From positions 1,530,001-1,562,000 of the forward strand of contig NC_014972.1 of NCBI RefSeq assembly GCF_000186885.1: a stretch of 32,000 nt of DNA, written 5' to 3'. Below are positions 27,860-32,000 of this stretch, piece by piece. The DNA is from Desulfobulbus propionicus DSM 2032 (GTDB lineage: Bacteria; Desulfobacterota; Desulfobulbia; Desulfobulbales; Desulfobulbaceae). The number at the start of each line of letters is the position of its first letter. Position 1 is the stretch's first letter. The translations under genes were made by a program, and so were the position numbers. The notes below the pieces were generated by a model, which saw only the letters and a list, made by a program, of their open reading frames with translations, did no database searches and was not told where the DNA came from.

Positions 27860-28915
27860 TCAATCGGCGTGCAGGGTGACGGCAAAGCAGCTGAACAGGG
27901 CCCAAACGCGGTCGCCGATGGCCAGATCGAGCACCGCGCCGCCACTGGTGGACACCACGGCGCACAGCTCCGTGCCGTCCGCAAGGCGGAGCAGATATTC
28001 CGAGCTGACGGTTCCCCGGTTGATCCGCGCCACTTCGCCCTGAAAACAATTGTCGGCGCTGCATGCCGGCAGGTCCGTGCCGCCCTGGAGCACCACCCAG
28101 GGGGCCTTGACCTCGGCCGTGATCAGTTTGCCCGGCCGCAGACCTAACCGCTCCAGGCTTTCGAGGGTGATCAGGGTAGTCACCTGATAGCCGCCAAGGT
28201 TGACCAAAGTCACCCGCGCCTGGATATCGCCGCGTTGCACGTCGGTGATCTTGCCAAAGAAGGCATTTCTGGCGCTGGTTTTGCGGGTCGATTCCCGCTC
28301 CATGAACAGCTTGGTCACCCGTTGCAGTTCCTCGTCGGAAAACGAGACATGGGCCGTGGTCAGGTTGGGAGTTGAGTGGCCAAGCAGCTTCTGCACCGCC
28401 GGCAGGGGCATGTTGCCGCGCACCAGCTCCACCGCCCGCGCCCGGCGGATCATCTCCGGGCCGCCCAAGCGCTTGTCAAAGCCGCAGGCCTCGGCGCGCT
28501 CGTAGAATTTGCGGCGGACAAAGGCGGGGTCCACGCAAAAAAGTTTGTCCAAGGAACTGCGGAAATCCGGGTCCGCCAGGGTCTCCCTGATTTCCCGGCT
28601 CAACTGTGCGGAGATGGTGACGGAGCGTTGGCAGGGTTCCGCTCCATCGAGATCGCGGATGCACACGGTCTGTGCCTCGATGTCGGCAAACGGATCCAGG
28701 GCGAGGACCTCGCTCAGCTTGGCGCCGGTATAGCGGATGAGCAGGAACACCAGCAGGATCCGGCGGCGGGCGAGGCGGACGTCGCACCGCGGCGTCTCCT
28801 CGACCCAGCGGCGAAAGGACTGTTCCAGTTGGGCCAGCTGGACCGTGTCCAGGCAAGGCGATTGGTCGATGGGCACGGCACGCATGTCCTGCCCGGAGAG
28901 GGGTTGCTGCTTCAT
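27860..28915 (-). CDS. tunR: TunR-like tungstate/molybdate-responsive regulator: degenerate XerC/XerD-like domain plus TOBE (molbindin-type) repeats
   Basis: Recombinase-like segments with substituted catalytic residues (RYTGAKLSEVLALD; MIRRARAVELVRGNMPLPAVQKLLGHSTPNLTTAHVSFS), followed by ARNAFFGKITDVQRGDIQARVTLVNLGGYQVTTLITLESLERLGLRPGKLITAEVKAPWVVL and a second similar unit. The start was chosen at MKQQPLSG. Confidence 0.82.
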   Translation of the reverse strand: MKQQPLSGQDMRAVPIDQSPCLDTVQLAQLEQSFRRWVEETPRCDVRLARRRILLVFLLIRYTGAKLSEVLALDPFADIEAQTVCIRDLDGAEPCQRSVTISAQLSREIRETLADPDFRSSLDKLFCVDPAFVRRKFYERAEACGFDKRLGGPEMIRRARAVELVRGNMPLPAVQKLLGHSTPNLTTAHVSFSDEELQRVTKLFMERESTRKTSARNAFFGKITDVQRGDIQARVTLVNLGGYQVTTLITLESLERLGLRPGKLITAEVKAPWVVLQGGTDLPACSADNCFQGEVARINRGTVSSEYLLRLADGTELCAVVSTSGGAVLDLAIGDRVWALFSCFAVTLHAD

Positions 28916-29072
28916 CTGGTTTGTTTCATGCGCTTGGTGCTGGCCGCCACGTTGCGGGAGCAGGGCGGATTGGCCAGACCGGAGCCGCGCCTGCCGCTGT
29001 CGGGGGGCTGGAGGCGAACCGTGGCCGGTGAGGAGGCCGTGGCGGTAAAAAAATGGGGATGCAAAATATCGC

Positions 29073-29453
29073 TCACAGATGTTCCTGATCAACCCAGTGT
29101 TGGAAGCGGTCCACCAACCGCCAAAAGTCACGGATCGCCTGTTTGCCCGCCTCGGTCAGCCAGGCCCCGCCACCCTGCCTGCCGCCGGCCTGCTTTTCCA
29201 CCAGGGGCTCGGGCGCGAGCGCGTTCATGTTCTCCACCAGGTGCCAGGCATGGCTGAAACTCATCTGCATCGATTTGGCGGCGGCGGACACCGAGCCGTA
29301 TTCATCGATCCGCTCAAGAAGAACGATCCGCCCCCAGGAGAGGTAGGTCTCGCCGTTGTTCTCGATCCATAGGCGGCCCTTGATCTGGACGCCGCTGCGC
29401 ATTCGGCCGGCGGCCATGGCGTTTTCTTCCTGGGATTTTTTTGCTTTGGGCAT
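29073..29453 (-). CDS. ModE-like winged-HTH regulator lacking a molybdate-binding TOBE domain
   Basis: VQIKGRLWIENNGETYLSWGRIVLLERIDEYGSVSAAAKSMQMSFSHAWHLVENMNALAPEPLVEKQAGGRQGGGAWLTEAGKQAIRDFWRL is a ModE/LysR-type N-terminal domain. The ORF ends there. Confidence 0.85.
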   Translation of the reverse strand: MPKAKKSQEENAMAAGRMRSGVQIKGRLWIENNGETYLSWGRIVLLERIDEYGSVSAAAKSMQMSFSHAWHLVENMNALAPEPLVEKQAGGRQGGGAWLTEAGKQAIRDFWRLVDRFQHWVDQEHL

Positions 29454-29624
29454 GAATGATTGTGAAGGTAATGGAAAAGGTGGCCAGCCATCGTCACTGG
29501 TGTGCGCCCATAGTAGCGAGGCGACCGGAACCCCCGCAAGACCTAATACGATCGGCACATGCTTTCGTGGGAAATATTGACCATTATCATCATTTTCGTT
29601 GATCATTCTCATGAATTTTTTTTC

Positions 29625-29653
29625 TTGACTTTCCTTGGTTTGCCTTATAAATA
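29625..29653 (+). promoter_or_regulatory. Predicted sat promoter
   Basis: TTGACT followed by the AT-rich -10 region TATAAATA (15-17 nt spacing) upstream of sat. Confidence 0.5.
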
Positions 29654-29769
29654 TCCCGCATGACTGAATGCTGGTTCAGTTTTCCGTGTAGGACCAGATC
29701 CGGCAATCCTGTCCGGAATTTACGTAGGTTGAATGTTCTCACAAGAATAAAACCAGAGAGGAAAAAATT

Positions 29770-31050
29770 ATGAGTTCAAAATTGGTAGCGCCCCATGGCG
29801 GAAAAGGTCTTGTTTGTGCCCTGCTTGAAGGTGCCGCACGTGAAGCAGAGTTGAAGAAAGCCGCTGGATTGAAGCAGGTACAAGTCTCCGATCGCGCCAA
29901 GGGCGACCTGATCATGATGGGTATCGGCGGTTTCTCTCCGCTGAGCGGTTTCATGACCAAAGCTGACTGGAAAGGCGTTTGTGAGAATTTCCAGATGGCT
30001 GACGGCACCTTCTGGCCGGTACCGATCACCTTGGACGTTTCCGCTGCGGACGCTGCCGGCATCAACGTTGGCGACGAGATCGCTCTGGTTAACAAAGGCG
30101 AGACCTACGCAACCATGAAGGTCACCGAGAAATACGAGATGACCGAAGCCGACAAGCGTTGGGAGTGCGAGAAAGTATTCAAGGGCGAAGGCGAAGAGTC
30201 TGCTGACGATAAATTCTGGGAAGTCGCCCCCAAAGATCATCCCGGCGTTATCATGGTTCTGGCTCAGAAAGAGTTCAACCTGGCCGGTCCGGTTAAAGTA
30301 CTCTCCGAGGGTGAGTATCCGAAAGAGTATCCGGGTGTATACCTGAAACCTGCCGAGACCCGCGCTATGTTTGAAGAGCGTGGATGGGCCAACGTTGCCG
30401 CTCTCCAGCTGCGTAACCCGATGCATCGTTCCCACGAGTTCCTGGCCAAGATCGCCATCGAGGTTTGTGACGGCGTTCTGATCCACAGCTTGGTCGGTAA
30501 CCTGAAGCCCGGCGACATTCCTGCCGACGTGCGCGTTGAAGCCATCAAGATCCTGATCGACAACTATTTCGTCAAAGAGAACGTCATCAACGCTGGGTAT
30601 CCGCTTGACATGCGTTATGCCGGTCCTCGCGAAGGCCTGCTCCACGCCACCTTCCGTCAGAACTATGGTGTCAACAACATGCTGATCGGTCGTGACCACG
30701 CTGGCGTTGGTGACTTCTACGGCCTGTTCGAGGCACAGCAGATTTTTGATCGCATCCCCTACACCGGCGATCCTTCCAAAGACCTGCTCTGCAAGCCGAT
30801 GAAGATCGACTGGACCTTCTACTGCCACAAATGCGATGGTATGGCTTCTCTGCGTACCTGCCCGCATACCAAAGAGGATCGCGTCATCCTGTCCGGTACC
30901 AAACTGCGTAAGGCTCTCTCCGAGGGTCAGCCGGTTGTTGACCACTTCGGTCGCGAGGAAGTTCTGGTTCGCCTCCGCAAGTACTATGCCGGCCTGACCG
31001 AGAAGGTTGAGGTCAAGATGCAGGGTGCCGCTTCCGGCGCTGCCATGTAA
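29770..31050 (+). CDS. sat: Sulfate adenylyltransferase (dissimilatory ATP sulfurylase)
   Basis: [21 protein letters not shown]...[22 protein letters not shown]...[20 protein letters not shown]...HPLVG-like [15 protein letters not shown]...[34 protein letters not shown] ribosome-binding site upstream. Confidence 0.96.
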   Translation: MSSKLVAPHGGKGLVCALLEGAAREAELKKAAGLKQVQVSDRAKGDLIMMGIGGFSPLSGFMTKADWKGVCENFQMADGTFWPVPITLDVSAADAAGINVGDEIALVNKGETYATMKVTEKYEMTEADKRWECEKVFKGEGEESADDKFWEVAPKDHPGVIMVLAQKEFNLAGPVKVLSEGEYPKEYPGVYLKPAETRAMFEERGWANVAALQLRNPMHRSHEFLAKIAIEVCDGVLIHSLVGNLKPGDIPADVRVEAIKILIDNYFVKENVINAGYPLDMRYAGPREGLLHATFRQNYGVNNMLIGRDHAGVGDFYGLFEAQQIFDRIPYTGDPSKDLLCKPMKIDWTFYCHKCDGMASLRTCPHTKEDRVILSGTKLRKALSEGQPVVDHFGREEVLVRLRKYYAGLTEKVEVKMQGAASGAAM

Positions 31051-31082
31051 GACCGTCTCAGTTCTCTGAGGCTCTGCATACG

Positions 31083-31120
31083 AAAGGAGATGTCGCCTTG
31101 GGCGGCATCTCCTTTTTTTA
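31083..31120 (+). terminator. Rho-independent terminator downstream of sat
   Basis: AAAGGAGATGTCGCC-TTGG-GCGGCATCTCCTTTTTTT. Confidence 0.92.
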
Positions 31121-31167
31121 TTGAAAAGAAGAGCGGGGCGCGGTACGGACGTCAAACGATTTTTCCT

Positions 31168-32000
31168 ATGAATTGCACAGGAAGCGAGGGCGGAGTGGAA
31201 GAGACGATTCAGGTAGGACTAGGCGAGAGGAGCTATCCCATTACCGTCGGCACGGGGGTGATGGAGCGGGTCGGGCCGATGCTGCGGGCAGGCAGATTTG
31301 CCAAACGTTACGGCATCATCAGTGACGATCGGGTGGCTGCTCTCTACGGTGCGCAGGTACAGGAATCCCTGCGGCAAGCGGGCATCGATAGTGAACTGAT
31401 CGTTTTTCCCCACGGCGAGGCGAGCAAGCATCTGGCGACCATCGGCACCCTGGCCAGCACGCTCGCCGAGCACGGGTTTGACCGTGGCGATGGCCTGTTG
31501 GCCCTGGGCGGGGGGGTGACCGGCGATATCACCGGATTTTTGGCCTCGATCTACATGCGCGGCATCCCGTTTGTCCAGGTGCCGACCTCCCTGTTGGCTC
31601 AGGTAGACAGTTCGGTGGGCGGGAAGACCGGTGTGGACATCCCTCAAGGAAAAAATCTGCTCGGCACCTTCTACCAGCCGCGGGCGGTGATCATCGACAC
31701 CCAGGTGCTGCACACCTTACCGCAGGAAGAATTTCGTGGCGGCATGGCTGAGGTGATCAAATACGGCGTTTCGATGGATGCCGATTTTTTCCACTGGCTT
31801 GATCGGCATCATTCAGCCATTCTCGCCCTAGAACCGGAGGTAATAGTGTCGATGATCCGCCGCTGTTGCGAGATGAAGGCCTCGGTGGTGGAACAGGACG
31901 AACGGGAAGGGGGGCTGCGCCGGATCCTCAATTTTGGCCATACCATTGGTCACGCGGTGGAAGCGGCCTCCGGCTATCGGCTGATTCATGGCTATGCGGT
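31168..32000 (+). CDS. aroB: 3-dehydroquinate synthase, truncated by the window end
   Basis: The open frame is absent from the ORF track because it runs off the window. It reads MNCTGSEGGVEETIQVGLGERSYPITVGTGVMERV...LLALGGGVTGDITGFLASIYMRGIPFVQVPTSLLAQVDSSVGGKTGVDIPQGKNLLGTFYQPRAVIID...FRGGMAEVIKYGV...ILNFGHTIGHAVE. The start could also be the GTG at 31195. Confidence 0.94.
   Translation, partial: MNCTGSEGGVEETIQVGLGERSYPITVGTGVMERVGPMLRAGRFAKRYGIISDDRVAALYGAQVQESLRQAGIDSELIVFPHGEASKHLATIGTLASTLAEHGFDRGDGLLALGGGVTGDITGFLASIYMRGIPFVQVPTSLLAQVDSSVGGKTGVDIPQGKNLLGTFYQPRAVIIDTQVLHTLPQEEFRGGMAEVIKYGVSMDADFFHWLDRHHSAILALEPEVIVSMIRRCCEMKASVVEQDEREGGLRRILNFGHTIGHAVEAASGYRLIHGYA

Noticed and set aside
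27860-28915. Calling the XerC/D-like gene an active integrase marking a mobile element
   Set aside because: The catalytic signature residues are substituted and the nucleophilic tyrosine is not apparent. TOBE-like domains follow, and no att-like repeats or transposition partners were noticed.
29776-31155. 459-aa minus-strand ORF opposite sat
   Set aside because: It is antisense to the unambiguous sat gene and has no domain signature.
1-32000. CRISPR arrays, rRNA operons, tRNA genes, retrons or phage structural genes
   Set aside because: No regularly spaced repeats, recognisable RNA genes, reverse transcriptase motifs or phage structural proteins were noticed on manual reading. tRNAscan-SE or Infernal would be needed to exclude small RNAs rigorously.

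Overview
This is a GC-rich chromosomal window, probably from a sulfate-reducing Desulfobulbaceae-like deltaproteobacterium; the taxonomy is inferred from gene content only. The most notable region is a minus-strand cluster of about 10.4 kb (10778 to 333). It contains a ferredoxin-dependent 2-oxoacid oxidoreductase (korD-korA-korB-korC), an 1126-aa polyferredoxin/flavoprotein combining GltD-like and HdrA-like segments, an HdrC/HdrB (CCG-domain) fusion with an MvhD-like N-terminus, and an HdrA-MvhD fusion. The HdrA-MvhD gene appears as two ORFs because of an in-frame TGA at the position of the conserved cysteine (DCSI-U-ILGPKM). A GGTC-loop stem-loop starts 20 nt after the TGA, which strongly suggests a selenoprotein. 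Other content: a TSUP (TauE/SafE) permease whose promoter overlaps an ACACGA-N12-TCGTGT inverted repeat, a secreted glycosidase-like protein, a CoA-disulfide-reductase-like flavoprotein, a nucleotide-sugar dehydrogenase, queE/queD, an N6-adenine methyltransferase followed by a ComM-like ATPase, a PAS hybrid histidine kinase, an HTH/Zn-ribbon protein, a two-gene Type III restriction-modification system, a TunR-like regulator (XerC/D-derived DNA-binding domain plus TOBE-type domains) next to an HTH-only ModE-like protein, sulfate adenylyltransferase (sat), and a truncated aroB. No CRISPR array, rRNA, tRNA or transposase was recognised.
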